Shown here: piece by piece, positions 14,061 to 27,317 of the stretch
Layout of the letters: every line of letters starts with the position of its first letter
How positions within the stretch are numbered: position 1 is the stretch's first letter
Source: Lobosporangium transversale
Lineage: Eukaryota
NCBI RefSeq assembly: GCF_002105155.1
Contig: NW_019029018.1
Coordinates: 248,001-312,000 of the forward strand
DNA: 64,000 nt
Reading direction: 5' to 3'
Translations under genes and position numbers: made by a program
The notes under the pieces: model-generated
The model's database searches: none
Told to the model about the DNA's origin: nothing
What the model saw: only the letters and a program-made list of their open reading frames with translations

Positions 14061-14605
14061 AAGTGAAAGGCCATCGGTTTAAGCTGCAAGTAAATCTAAC
14101 AGCACCACGAAACACCACCGTAACAATCTCTTGTCATTAACGAGAGAGTCATGGCTATGGGAGGATCAGAGATAATGGCAGAGTTGCAACTAAGCTTACA
14201 CTCCTTTATGTTCCCCCAAGAAGCGTGGCTGCCGACTTATATAGCACGTAGCTATATAAGGCACCTTCACAAAGTACCACCATCGAAAAGACCACTGGCG
14301 ATGGAGGACAGTGTCATGTCTTCAATGCAAGATAATAAATGCAAAAGAAAGTGGAAGGCCATCGGTTTAAGCTGCAAGTAAATCTAACAGCACCACGAAA
14401 CACCACCATAACAATCTCTTGTCATTAACGAGAGAGTCATGGCTATGGGAGGATCAGAGATAATGGCAGAGTTGCAACTAAGCTTACACTCCTTTATGTT
14501 CCCCCAAGAAGCGTGGCTGCCGACTTATATAGCACGTAGCTATATAAGGTACCTCCACAAAGTACCACCATCGAAAAGACCACTGGCGATGGAGGACAGT
14601 GTCAT
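14061..14605. repeat. Tandem duplication, period 288 bp (about 257 bp near-identical)
   Basis: 14061-14317 and 14349-14605 differ by only a few substitutions; this explains the twin ORFs at 14151 and 14439. Confidence 0.95.
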
Positions 14606-16043
14606 CCCTGTACATGCATTTGTAATCGCCGATTCAAAGTTCTATACCCAATAGTAGTCTTACCACTAAGAAGTTGAGTAGCAGTAAAAATGAAGAATTA
14701 GTACAGAGATTAATCAAGCTTCCAAAAAATACATCACAATACCGGTATTTCTGCAAAGCTTAATTACCACTACGTTTTAAGAGCTGCTTTTCCATTCTTA
14801 TGTGGTGATATTGCTGTTGCTGGTGTTGGTATATTCTGCAAATAGGAGCAAGTAAATTGACGGGAGCAAAACTGGAGGGAAATATGAAAAAGTGAAAAAA
14901 GGATAAAGAAGAGCGAGTGAAGTAAAGATTGTTCCTTTATTTCACACTGCGGAATTTTTTATTTTTTTCAAATCAATCACATGCCATTTTCTTGATCATT
15001 GTGTCGTAAAAGCCAGTCACTATCTTTAAGGAAAGAGAGTACCCATAAACGGTGCGCGAAGAATCCACTATCATCAAGACACTACGCAAGCGGCTTGCTG
15101 CTATCTCACTCGAACCAGATACAAATGATGATCTTGAAACATCACAGGCACAACTTAAGCGCACCATATCCTGTCTTTCTGAAACTCAACTTTAGCTGAA
15201 GAACACTAAGGATGCTCTTGCCAATTGAGAGTGTTACACGCTGTACCATATAGACTCATGTAGCGTATACAATGATTTAAAATACCACTCACATGGTACA
15301 AAAGATATTGTCTGTCCAGAAATAAAGACCCAGAAAAAAAAGAAGAGAGCCAAGATTAGACCTTTTCATATTTGATTTTTTTTTTTTTATTTTTTTTATT
15401 TTTTTTTTTTATGTGCGTGAAAGAAGAGAAGGAACGAGTAAGTGATCAGATTTCAAGGCGCGATTGGAGGAAGAAAAATTTCATGGGTGGAGGTGGGAAG
15501 AACATTAATAATATTCCATCCTCAAAGGTATGCAGGGCCATACATACAGCAGCCTGCCTGTCCACAAACAAGAGCACGAGCCACATTGCTCTCTTTGTAT
15601 GGCGTACAACAAAGAAAGAAAACAGTGAGCAACAACTGGAGTAAAGGACGAGATTCAGAGCACAAGCTTGTTAAAACTCACATATACCGGTTTTCACCAA
15701 CTTAGTAACAGGGCCTATCAGGCACTTATCAGCCAAGTTTGCTATTCGACTCTCTTCTCCCATTCTCTCTCTTCATCCCTAACAAGGAATAGGATAGACT
15801 ATGAGAACTGTGCTGCGGCAGTTTTTGTCGGAACACACATTTTTTCCTTTTTCCTTTTTCCTTTTTCAAACGCCAAAGAAGTATGACATGTCATTTCATT
15901 GGACACAGATAAACGTTGATACTTTGTTTCCTCATTTTCATATGAGATATGACAGATGACATCAAAGACACGTATGTATTTTTATTTTGTTGTTTATATT
16001 TTATTGGTCGCTCTTGAGCGTACAGCAAGCAAGGTACTTAGTA

Positions 16044-16229
16044 TCGCCAATTTTATTTGGTCACGATACCTTATATTTTTAATCTAAAAACGATGATTGA
16101 ATTGTTCTGGTGGCATCTCACTACGTGACGGACTTGCAACAATACTCGTAACAAGCGAGCTAATTGGCTGCCAATACACTCGAAAGTATTCAAAAAATAT
16201 AAGGTATCGCGACCAAATGAAACGGGCTA
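16044..16229. mobile_element. MITE-like element, copy A (about 186 bp, ~40-bp TIRs)
   Basis: tttggtcacgataccttatattttt is inverted to aaaaatataaggtatcgcgaccaaa; TA on both sides; homologous in opposite orientation to 39032-39221. Confidence 0.75.
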
Positions 16230-16707
16230 TATCCTTGCCTTGAAAATTGACGAATGATATTACACGTACGCAGATTATCCATTTCAATTCCCGCTACGCC
16301 GCTTTCTTTCTTATTTGAATAGACTCAAAGTGCTGAATATATATTCGTTATTCAGTCAATACTTTGAAATCGCAAATTGGTTTCACTTACAATTTCCCTG
16401 AGTGATTCCACCACCCATCCTTTCTCCAGGGTTGCAGTCAGCCACAGGGTCCAGGTTTGATACACATAATACATAAAAAAGAAGTCTTTCTCATCTTCTC
16501 ACTTTCTTCTTTCCACAATTTATTTTATTTTAAGCATTTTACGGATTATACACATCATTCTTCCCCACTTTCTTGCATGCCTTGATGCTATTCTCTTTAC
16601 ATTCTTTCTACGTGTTAATTTTTTTATTTTATAAGTAGAGCCACATCTCCATCAACTTTTAATTCATATATAGTTTTTCTCGATTCACTGTTTTTTACTT
16701 ATCATCA

Positions 16708-17210
16708 ATGAACAGCCAACAGCAGACATACTTATTGCAAACTAGAGGAAAGGAGATCTCTCTGAAGGATTGGGCAATACTCAATGATGATCTCAATGTG
16801 GAGGAGCTGGAGAATTGTTGGGTAGCCAATGCTCTTCCATTACTGAGAAAGTCCAGAAGTCAGCATCAACGAGAAGCATGCAACCGTCTTTCTGGATATT
16901 CAAAGGAGGCCAGGGCGAAGATATTTAGACATGTGGTCAGCGAAGTATGTTTTTCAACAATTTTTCTGTGCTCAAAATAGCAACGGCTTTTTACTTGTAT
17001 AGTCCAATATTAATATGAACTTTAGCGCCACAAGATTGACTTTTTACGTCCCTTAGCAACAAAACAAGAGCAAGCAGTTGCTGTTTTGAACACAGAAGAA
17101 ATATTGAGAAACATCAGATATAAGGGAGCAGCAGTAGCCACCAGAAATGAACGGCCATTAAAGAAAGGTAATCAGGATTGAGGGATTCTTTTATTATTAT
17201 TATTATTATT

Positions 17211-17249
<39 letters not shown>

Positions 17250-17404
17250 AACGCATTTCATTCCTTTGTCAAATCGTCCGCCTTGTTCATGTAATTTATA
17301 CGATACACAAATAGAAGCTACGCTGCCAGGTAGGAAGCACCCCCGGCCAGATGAGGACCTCCCTCTGCAGTCCTCCCAGAGTTTTTCAAAACAGTCAAGG
17401 AGAG
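16708..17404 (+). CDS. 5' part of a multi-exon hypothetical gene, probably truncated
   Basis: Exons 16708-16944, 17026-17167 and 17315-17404 join in frame through GT-AG introns (MNSQQQTYLL...RHKIDFLRPL...EATLPGRKHPRP). No convincing continuation beyond ~17535. Confidence 0.55.
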
Positions 17405-17593
17405 GTAAGAGACTAGCAATATATACGAATTTTGTATTTTATCAGTCTCTCTCTCTTTTATGCTAACTCTTCTGGTAATTATTGTTGTCGTTTTTCTCTC
17501 CAGTATCTTTTGGCAAACTGTGGTTAAAGAAAATTGTGAGTAGTCTCTTTATTCACTAGATCCAGCTGTGGAGCTATTAATTGATATTAACTG

Positions 17594-18145
17594 TTATATT
17601 CTTTCTATGTCCTTGTAAATTAATCTAAAAGCAGTACCCGGAATACTCTCCAAGATTAGTAAGAATCTTGATGGGTTCCTCAAAAGAGATTCTAAAACTA
17701 TTGTCCATGCATGGTTGACTTGCTGCTGTTGATCTACTTGCGGCGTTCCGAAGCTTTGTAGAAACTCCCTCTTCCGTTCCTCTAACTCCAGCTCCGCCAC
17801 TTTCCGCTGCATGCCTTCCAGCCTCTCCATCTCCATGTTATGGTTCAGTTGAAATGACTCTGCTAAATTTTGATGAACCCTTGATATTAACTGTGCCCGT
17901 GGCTGTTGACCCTGTGGTGCTCGCCTCGTCAGTGGTTCTGAATCTTGCCATGCCAGTGGTTCTGGAGCTTGTGGTAGTAGCTCTTGCAGCGGTGACTGTT
18001 GAAGTCGATTTCGCACTGACGGAGCTTCTAGTAGCAGCTTTAAAAAATGTTGCAATGATTGGACTTCCCTTGGCTGTGTTAGATGAAGGCTTGGATTCCG
18101 ATGTAACTGCATCATTAATTGTTGCAATATTTGTTCCTCGGACAT
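17594..18145 (-). CDS. Hypothetical Q/E-rich coiled-coil protein or exon, 183 aa
   Basis: Long ATG-initiated ORF with protein-like composition; no motif recognised. Confidence 0.4.
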   Translation of the reverse strand: MSEEQILQQLMMQLHRNPSLHLTQPREVQSLQHFLKLLLEAPSVRNRLQQSPLQELLPQAPEPLAWQDSEPLTRRAPQGQQPRAQLISRVHQNLAESFQLNHNMEMERLEGMQRKVAELELEERKREFLQSFGTPQVDQQQQVNHAWTIVLESLLRNPSRFLLILESIPGTAFRLIYKDIERI

Positions 18146-18258
18146 CTGGTGACCATTTGGCTGCTGCTTAAGCTAAGCAAATGAAAAATGTGGTAACAAA
18201 TCTATGTAACTAAACGTGCTTAACCTACAAGGCTACTCTACAGCTTACAATACCCCGC

Positions 18259-18768
18259 TCAATTAAAGTTATCTGAAATGGATTTATCTCTTCCAATATT
18301 TGAAATTAATTTGAACAGTTCCACGAGCGCTCTAAAGGCTGCATTGCATAAAGGGTGGGATAAAACTATTCTGTCTCTCTAAAGGTAAAAAAGGCCAAGG
18401 CCTCTGAATTCCTCAGCGAACAACTCGGAAGAACGATCCAAGAGCGTTGAAGCAACGGCACTATAAAATCGTTTATGGCCCAGCTCGCTTTGTATGTTGT
18501 TTATGTAGAAGTCTCTGGCTTCCTTATAAAAATCCACCGTTCGGTTTTCTTCAAACTTCTTGAAAGCCTTCTTAATGGGTAAGTTTTGATTCCGTTCAAT
18601 ACAAGCTGACAATTACATCAGCTCTCGTGGCACACAGTTCGCGATATCCAGTATATCTTCGTAGGTCGCAGGGTCGAGGTTAGGGACTTGCTCCAGCGGC
18701 TTCTTGAAAACGTTCTCCAACAAAGGACCGATGTAAAGATCGCGTTTGAGGTGATCAAATTCACTGCA
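18259..18768 (-). pseudogene. Old, diverged paralogue fragment of the Crinkler-like NTPase
   Basis: YIGPLLENVFKK...IANCVPRELM*...EEFRGLGLFYL*...HPLCNAAFRALVELFK aligns by eye with DVGPLSQDTFEK...VTNRVPGDL...WEFLDLGLVY...RPINQAARRAIVDLYK of the 57458 gene; two in-frame stops. Confidence 0.75.
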
Positions 18769-19432
18769 TCATTCAGCGGGAAATGCATCCCAAAAGCGCC
18801 TCGCCTGAACTGTTTACGTTTTAATCGAAAGTAATTATGGCTGTTTTTAATTAATCGGATGGGCTTAGATGACTTGTTCTATGCGACGCGAAGTGCACCA
18901 TACATCTTTATCCATTCTGTGGCACGCTCTTCATCAGAGTCTCTTGCTTGGCCGCTAATGATTGCGACTGGCCAGGCCAGGAGAGACCGTGCACTCGCCT
19001 CAATTGCGCGTTTGTTGTGGACCATTTTTCATATGACTGAGTGCAGTGAGTATGCTTTTTGAACCTGGCTACTCCATCCTTTCGTGTGTTTCTCTTAGTA
19101 TCTCAGCCGAAATGTCTGCAGGGAAAAAAAAGTAATGAGACTCAGCTCTCTCTTCGCCAACAGACCGAAAATGTCTGTCAAACCTTGTTTGTATGGTCTA
19201 TATGCTTTCTTTGATTTCTCCTGCTTGATAGTCGTCTCGCCATCGATCCATGCATCATCCTCGATTTTTCGCCAGCGTCCTCCTCATGCGTTCTAAATGT
19301 TATTTGTGCTTATGCCAGATCCGTATGCTATCTTTGATCTCTTGCATCCAATAACCGCCCCATCTTCAACGAGCCTCGGCCTTGGACAGCGGCCTCCACG
19401 GGTTTTCTATAACCATCTCTGTGTGTGTATAG

Positions 19433-19463
<31 letters not shown>

Positions 19464-20882
19464 CATGGCAGACAGTGTGGTCAGGCAAGAGTAATAAATT
19501 ACATTCAGCAGTCACACGGTGAACTTGGTAGGAGATAGTGCTCCTTGGTAAGGGAAAAAAGAAACCAGCCTGCAGTGGACAGGAGCATGTGTGTCAACAC
19601 ATCACTTCATCCTTCTTATTTCATCAATATTGTTTCCTTGCAACCCTGAGGAGCCCACCCGTTAACATTATATGATAGTGGCCCCTTCTGTAAGCTCAAT
19701 GAGCACACATTCCATATACTAATGCTGGCCTTCTTTAACAGATCATCAACTCCTCCACTCCACTTGCTTTGGTCCTCGGGCAGTAAGAAAGCAAGAAATG
19801 TCACTATTGCTCTCTGATCCTTCATTTGGAGCAGGCATTCTGTTGAATGTTTTTCTGTTTTTTTTTTTTTGTTTTGCTGAAAGTTCATGAGTACCTCTCT
19901 TGGCTTGATGCTAAGCCTGAAACACGTTCGATATCTCTTGAAGAGTTCTTCTCATCATCTTTCCTGCAACAACTACAGGGAGTGAGAGCGGAAGAGAATG
20001 AGAAGGGAAAAAAAAAAAAAAAAAAAAAAGAATAGAGCGAGAGGAAGCACTTGCTGAATTGTCCAGACAGAATAGTAAACGAAATGATGGACGCGTGGAA
20101 GAGATTGTCGCTTCGCAAATCCACACAATATAGTTTTTGCACAAAAATCAATAAAGCCCTGTCACTGCTTTTTGAGAGATGTTAGTTTGTCCTGCACCCT
20201 TTTTCAATTTTAATTGGCAGCGTCATCTGGGCCACCATTGTGCTTGTTATTTTTGACTGTCCTGTCTCTGCAATGTCCCTTTTTATTTTCTCTCTCGCTA
20301 TCTCTCAAATACACATTCTTTAATCCTCCATTCTTTCTTTCCTCCTGTGTATTCTCCATTATTATTATTATTTCTCTTGTTTAATTCAGGGGCTGCAAAA
20401 CTTTTTAAACTAGGATTGATTTTTTTTTTTATTTTATTTATTTTTTTATTATCTTGCAAAGAAGAAAAAAAAAGTAAGATTGCGGCGAATCTTTTTAGTG
20501 TTTCTCGTATCGTCGTGGGAAAATGGAGCATGCTTCTTTATCATGATTGCTTTGTACTGAGCTGGCTTACAAGAGTTCGTTTGTTGGTAGAAAGGAGCTT
20601 GCGTAAGCTCATACTTCTCTAGGTCGCCGTAGATGGACTCGATGCAAGGTTGGATGCATTGAGTGACTGCCTGCGCCACCACATTATATAGAATAGATTG
20701 ATATTTGTTTTCTCCTATCTTGGTTACACTTAGTGAAGAGGTCAAGGATTACTTTGTCTCTAAATCGACTCAGCCCCATTGGCAGAAAGATATATTCATA
20801 GAGTTCACTGGACGATTGACCGGAGCATCTGGTGACTTTTTTTTTTTTTCTTTAAACATTGATAGAGCGCATCAAAGTCGCA

Positions 20883-21561
20883 ATGGTTCCTCCTCCTTCA
20901 TACACTGGAACGACTACTGTCCTTCCTACGAATACTAATACCCACCTCTATTTCCGAACTACCAAGGTATCGGAGTGGAGGCTGGAGGACTTCATCGTCT
21001 CCACAGGGCTGACTGAACGGCCTTTCATAATGTACTTGAAGGGTATCGCTCTACGAAAGGATTTACCCGTTGAGGTCCAAGATTTCGCCAAATTATTGAA
21101 AGACTACTATGGCGGAGCTTTCCGGGAAGAGTTTGGGGTCACCGAGGGCGATGCCCACAGAGCTGCCAATCATACTCTTTTAAGTGGCAAAGAGGGCTTG
21201 CTGCTACAGAACCATGTAGATAATACCATTGAAAGTGATAAGGTAAATGATTAAAAACTAAAGTTAGTATAGACTTGAACAACTCAAAGGTCCATGATGC
21301 TGCCAAAGTTTTTTTTATTTTATTTTTTATTTGTTTATTTATTTATTTACATGATTGCCTTCAAGCGCATGTTGAGCGTTGGAAGGTCTTCACAACCTTT
21401 ATTAGGGGACAAAGAATCAGAAGGCCCAGAAGGATCATCGGATTCGATGTCATCGCAAACAAAAGGTGCAAATGATAGTCATAATGAAGAAGGTGTACGA
21501 GTCTTTTGAATGGCTTTAACGTCTTTTATGTTGAAATTATAATCTAACTATTTATTATTAA

Positions 21562-21598
<37 letters not shown>

Positions 21599-23649
21599 TG
21601 ACGATGGCAAATAGTTTCTTTGCTTGACACTCTTGATCAGGTATATGGCATTACAGGGCATTCATGATGCACTTTTTGATAGATCAAAGCTAATACGAGG
21701 CGGCCACTAACTTGCTCCCATTATTATGACTGTTTTATAATCATCTCTCTGGTTTAAAGCCTTTGCCTATATACATCTCAAGCGCATCATTCCAGGAGCC
21801 AGTGTCCATCCACACTTTCTTCTTTGACAATCCGGTCTCCTCATGGAGTGATACCCGCGCATTTTGTCATCAGCTCCTAAACAAGAACTTCAAAGTCTCT
21901 TGCAAAAGCGTGTTTCATTCATACGTGCAGAGCCTATCAGAGATCGCCAAGAACGAGGCGATCGAACATGATGTCAGAGAGTCGGCCAAAGAACTCTTCA
22001 CGATAAGCGAAGCATGTTTCCGAACTGATTTCAAAAGGGAACAGGAGGTACTGGGGGCCACCATTGCCCGTAAACGCTTGTTGGAGCTGTTGAATGCACA
22101 CCATTCAAAGCGCTTGCGCACGGATTCAGTTACCGACCGAGGAGCTGTACAACATAATAAACAGTTGAATGAAGACCAACAGTTGAATGAAGACCAACAG
22201 TTGGATAATGCCGATCAACCCCATGGGATGCTATCACGTGGAGGTACTGTGCTGCCTGATCCAATTGAGTGCGACAGGCCATTCTGTGATCCGGAATCGC
22301 GAGAGGACTTTCAGGATGGCGAGGACTTTAGTGGAGAAATATCAGAGTCCTCTACTGTGGATTGCCTTGCTGGCTTAGGTACAGTTTCAAGTATGTTATC
22401 GAGCGATCCTATGAGCCGATTACGTGTGGGCGATCTAGACATAACCAAAAAGATCATGAAGTACCGACAGATAAAAGTGATCCAACAACGGTCCGAAGAA
22501 GCAGACGATATCTTGTAAGCAAATGGTTCTTGAGTGTAAAATACTGGAAAGCATTTACCTTGCTTGAGTAGAAATATGTGTATTTACTTATTTATTTATT
22601 TTATTTTTACTTGTCATAGGTTGATAAATTTTATCGTAACAAGGCCGCTACTCTTGGCCATCTTTGAACCTGCTGTGGTGGAAGAGGTGTTCCCGGCTCA
22701 TGAGCCCGTAACGGTTGAGGCCTCGGATTCAGAACTGGTTGTGCGACTCAGTGCCCTTGCAACCGTTGCTTCATTTGAGGATCTGTTGTCTTTTCTGAAC
22801 GATGAGCTCAAATTGACCTCAACATCGATTGTCAGGCGAGCGTTGCTGAACTACTTCTTGGAGGCATGTCTATGGAGGGAGGCAGACTGGTTCAGCAAGG
22901 CCAATGACGATAGTGAAGACACATTTATCACCCATCTCTTTAAACCCCTCCTTGTTGCAGCTTTTGGCGGTTTTGTGGGCTGTGATTTTAAATGGTAGGC
23001 GCAGTCCAAATTTTGCTTGGTCTATTTTATTTTATTTTTTATTTAATGTAATTGCACGTCTTCTAGGTTCCGAGAACGACTGGTCACAAAGACGAGTGAG
23101 CAGAATGGACGTCATGAAGTACCCGACTATCAAGTATCATTCAATCAATATGCACTAGTATTAGGCAGATTCAAGGCACCGACTGCGACCTTAGAGCAGA
23201 TCGAGATAGATAGGAAGAAGCTGTTTGTAATGGGCAAGCGTTCTGTAGATAGAATGTATGGCGATAGTTTTGCTCTACCCGTCATCCTCATCCACGGACG
23301 TGGGCTGCACGTGGATGTCTATGACCTGCGTCTCGTTGGTGAGGCTCTGTACTACCCCAAGCCATTGGGGACGCTTCGCATCCCAGCAAGTCCTCATGAT
23401 TTCCCACAACTACTTGGCTTGGGGCCACTTTTATCAGCGCAGGTATGTTATAGTTGCAATTTTTTTTATTTTTATTTTTATTTACTTTTGAAGATCGAAC
23501 GAGGGCTGACTAGGCCTCTCTCCCTCCATTCTTCATAGGCTATAGCTAGTTCAACATTTCGTGCTCTGAAGTCTCGAAGAAAGGACGATGTCAACTTGAA
23601 CTGGACTCGTGGAACGTTTGGTGTACAGGGTGTAAATATTCCAAATTAA
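20883..23649 (+). CDS. 7-exon gene, about 709 aa, with a C-terminal PD-(D/E)xK restriction-endonuclease-like domain
   Basis: join(20883-21242,21366-21492,21615-21640,21760-22514,22620-22994,23067-23442,23539-23649): all GT-AG, phases consistent, 2130 nt without internal stop. Motifs SEDTF...VPDYQV...LVLGRFK...DRKKL. Confidence 0.75.
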
Positions 23650-24432
23650 ACAAACAAACAAACAAAAAAATGACTCCTTGCATTCTTGTAAAATCAATAC
23701 CGATGTTTTGGAAGTTGATACAGATTCTATATAATAATAATGGTGAACTGGTTGGATACGTATTTCATATTATTCATTGGGCTATGTGTGATTGAGAGGG
23801 CCATGAGTTGAATAAAAAGGATATTGGGACATTCTTACCTGCGAAGGATCTTTATATTTTTCCCTTGATCCGAGATCAACAGCCTTTTGGCTTGTAAAGT
23901 ATGGATTGTTTTTTTTTTTTTTTTCTTAGCGAGGAGGATCGCGCAGTAACCCTTGATCTTGGTATGTAAGTTCTCGGTGCAGTTTCCCAAAGGTTCTTAA
24001 AGGTTCTTTGCGGGAGAAGCTGTGCCTTATCTTTACACCGGCTTTTGGACAACTTTTCCGAATAAAAAGAAAAGGGAAAAAAAAGAAGAATTGAGTGTCC
24101 GATCGGCAATGAGAAGGAAAAAAATGCTCAATGCCCACGCCACATCCCTTTTGGTCTTCACAGATTCTGACACAGGGCTCTCTCTGTGCACTGCACTACA
24201 CACAATCAATAAATTTGTACATGCACATGTACGCCCACGCCACGAACGACTTCGGATTTTTTTTATTTATTGATTTATTTCTCAACGACTTTTTTTTTTT
24301 TTTTTTTTTTTTTTTCCAACTTCCCACCTCCATTGCTCATATCCATCAACGAGGTTTACACTCTTTAGAAGCTCGGTTCATCCACATAGACAAACTCATT
24401 GATACATACTTTGACATCAAATCACCCTCACA

Positions 24433-25774
24433 ATGATTTATACTACTGCCGACCTCACTAAACATAACACCAAGGAGAGTCTTTTCTTGGCCATGCACGG
24501 CAAGGTCTATGATGTTACCGAATTCCTTGATGAGGTATATATTTCTTAAATATTCATGTATATATGCATATATCATTTTGTAAAAAAAAAGAAAAAGAAA
24601 AAAGAGAATGAACCATTGGGAAATCATTCATTCCGAGAGGAGAGCCTCGGAGCTCATCGTCCGAAATATATATATATTTTTCTTTTGATTGGCATTCAAC
24701 TCTCGGCTCGGTCTTTTTGTGGCCCGTGTATGGGTCGGAGGCAACATCTCTTTGCCTTGATGAAAAGCTTTTTTTTTTTTTTTTTTTTGTTGGAAATCAC
24801 ATCATCATCATCCATGTTCATCTCTACATGTGGCAATGAGATGAGAAATGAAACATTAAAAGAAAAAAAAAAGCCTGTATACTGAAGAAATAGGAGACAC
24901 TCATCAATTCTTTTTTTTTTTTTTCTTTTTTTTTCTCCTTTTCTTTTCTTTAATAGCATCCCGGTGGAGAAGAAGTGATGCTGGATGAGGCTGGTCATGA
25001 TGCCACCGATGCCTTTGATGATATTGGACATTCGGATGAGGCTCGTGAATTGATGGCCAAGTATTGTATCGGAGAACTCGAGAGCGATGTAAGTCTTTTT
25101 TTAAAAAAAAACATGCTTAGTATGGAGGGAGAGAGTTGGCATATAAATGCATATAAACGTATATCAAGCACATAGCCGATCAATCCACTTTTGCCGAAGC
25201 TTGGCAACCATTTGCAATTGGGGGAAAGACATAAAAAAAATAATCCCTTTTAAAGTAAACATTGATGTGAAAATAACATGTGAAGTAACTTTTTTTTTTT
25301 ATTTACTTTTTCCAGGGTTCTGAACCAAAGCCCAAGCCCTACAGAGCCCCTCCCAAGCCCAAGAATGTTCCTGCACCAGCCGATTCAAGCAGGTAAGAAG
25401 TCAAAAACAGGACAAAAAAAAAATTTTTTTTTTTTCTTTTTCTTTTTGGTTGTTTGTCCGAGCCGTTGCATGTTACAAATATATCGTTCGGTTTGCTGGG
25501 ATATCTTTTATATTTTTCTTGGTGTCCATCAGTGGGTGGGTGGGTGGGGGACCCACAACGTGGCACATCAGGACACGACAGCCCAAAATATTTATTCTTC
25601 GCCCCCAACCTTAAAAGAGCTGGTCCATTTATTGGCATATATTATATACCTATAACTTGTTAACACGCTGATGACGGCTCAATCGACGTTGTTACAAGCG
25701 AAATGTTTTTATTCTATCGTGGCACGTTGCACCGTATTCTCTGTTCAAACCAGTTTTTTTATTAACCTGATCAA

Positions 25775-25806
<32 letters not shown>

Positions 25807-25880
25807 AATTTAGTAAAATTCAATATGTCCTCGCGTTGGCTGTTGTTGCTGGATGTGTTGTCTGGAAAGTCTTGATGTAA
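24433..25880 (+). CDS. CYB5: Cytochrome b5, tail-anchored, 125 aa, 4 exons
   Basis: join(24433-24534,24957-25088,25316-25392,25814-25880); [20 protein letters not shown] haem motif, second axial His in DIGHS, C-terminal transmembrane helix. Confidence 0.95.
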
Positions 25881-26725
25881 AGGAAAGAAGAAAAAAAAAC
25901 AATAGAAAGAAAACCAGGTTGCAACAAGGCAGTGTATTCACTAAATTTGTTTCACCACCCATGTAGTCATGTAGTTATTTCCTGCAATTCCTCCCAACAA
26001 AAAAAGATAAAAAAAAGATAAAAAAAAATAAAATAAAATAAAGGTTGTATACAAGACAAAAGAGATAATCAATTTAAACTTTTCCGAGATTCAGAGAGTT
26101 CTTCGTCATCCATACCAAGGAGGACTTGAACAAGGTCCGAAGTACGGACTACATGTTAAATTCTTTTGTACTGTTATTTGTTTAATGTTTGTACGTAAAG
26201 CATCATCTTCCGAAATTAGAAAGCAATCAATTCAATTCAGGGCACCAAAACAAGAAACAAAAAGTGTGAATTGTTTAATGTTCATTAAAGGAAAACAAAG
26301 AAGAAAGACAAGTTTAAGATAACAAGTCTATTGTTACGGTTGTTATTAATGTATATATTAATATTAATGCGATGATTGATGATTGATGACTATTATAGAT
26401 GATTGACATTGTTTCCGTGTGTTTCCGAATCCTTCATCCCTTGAATGATGTCCACGTTGCTCGTTCCTGTGATATCTATGTCCATGTCACCTGTCACTTT
26501 CCGAAATTATCCTCCTGTACTTTTTTTTTTTTTTTTTTTTTTTCCCTTTTTGCTCGGAAGGGAAAAGGCTCCAGAGAAAAAAAAAACAAGGAATCCTAGA
26601 TGGGATCAAAAGCACAGAAGAGAAAAAATGAGAAAGAAAGAGAAAGAAAAAGAAAAAGAAAAAAAAACCCCCTTTCTTCCTCCTCGTCTTCTTCTTCTTC
26701 TTCTTCTTCTTCCTCATTCTTGTTC

Positions 26726-27000
26726 TCATGCACCCTGCCAGAGTTTAGATTCACTTTCGATAATCATAGAGAAACGCTCCTCCTATACAAATAAATCGAA
26801 TCAGATAAAAAAAAAAAAAAAAAGATTTTAGAAACTTTTTGATGTTTCAAAAAAAAAGAAATGAAAATCGCAAGTTGGATCTATTAACTGTCCCGAACCT
26901 TTTTCTTGATCTTGAGCGCTTCGAGTAAATAGGCTGTCCCGACTACAACGCCCACAACAACAGCAGCACGCTTGCTAGATTTCCGAACAAAGGGGTGCAT
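26726..27000 (-). CDS. Two-exon single-pass membrane microprotein, 52 aa
   Basis: join(27000-26899,26782-26726): MHPFVRKSSKRAAVVVGVVVGTAYLLEALKIKKK/EERFSMIIESESKLWQGA*. ACA-ATG start context; GTTCGG donor and TAG acceptor in phase 0. Confidence 0.6.
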
Positions 27001-27317
27001 TGTTGGCTGTTTATTCTTTGTTTTCTTTCGAATAAATGTCTTGATTTGTTCTGTATGAGTAATGTAGTGTAGGATAATGGGAGTAATCGAGAGCAATGGA
27101 GAGTGATGGACAGTAGAGTGATGTGGAGTAATGTATATGGATGTAAATGTATGTAGTATATGAATAGAATGATTAACAAAAGGAAAGGATCATTGGCTAG
27201 GAATTGCGATGCAGAGTCGAATGGGACGAGGGAAAAAGTGTGGAGCTCAGAAACGTGACTCTGTTTTTAGCGATTTATTTTTGACAGTTACAGTTCCAAG
27301 GGTCCAAAATAACGACC

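Noticed and set aside
14151..14654. Twin 71-76 aa ORFs
   Set aside because: Explained by the tandem duplication; no motif or other coding evidence.
15241..15330. Weak similarity to 27901-27978 and 56881-56958
   Set aside because: Short and gapped; probably a small old repeat that cannot be delimited by eye.
17190..17250. (TTA)n(TTG)n microsatellite giving a poly-Leu ORF start; similar arrays at ~21560 and ~37116
   Set aside because: Ordinary intronic or intergenic simple repeats.
17581..17894. 14-bp direct repeat ttgatattaactgt, 300 bp apart
   Set aside because: No TIRs or other element features between the copies.
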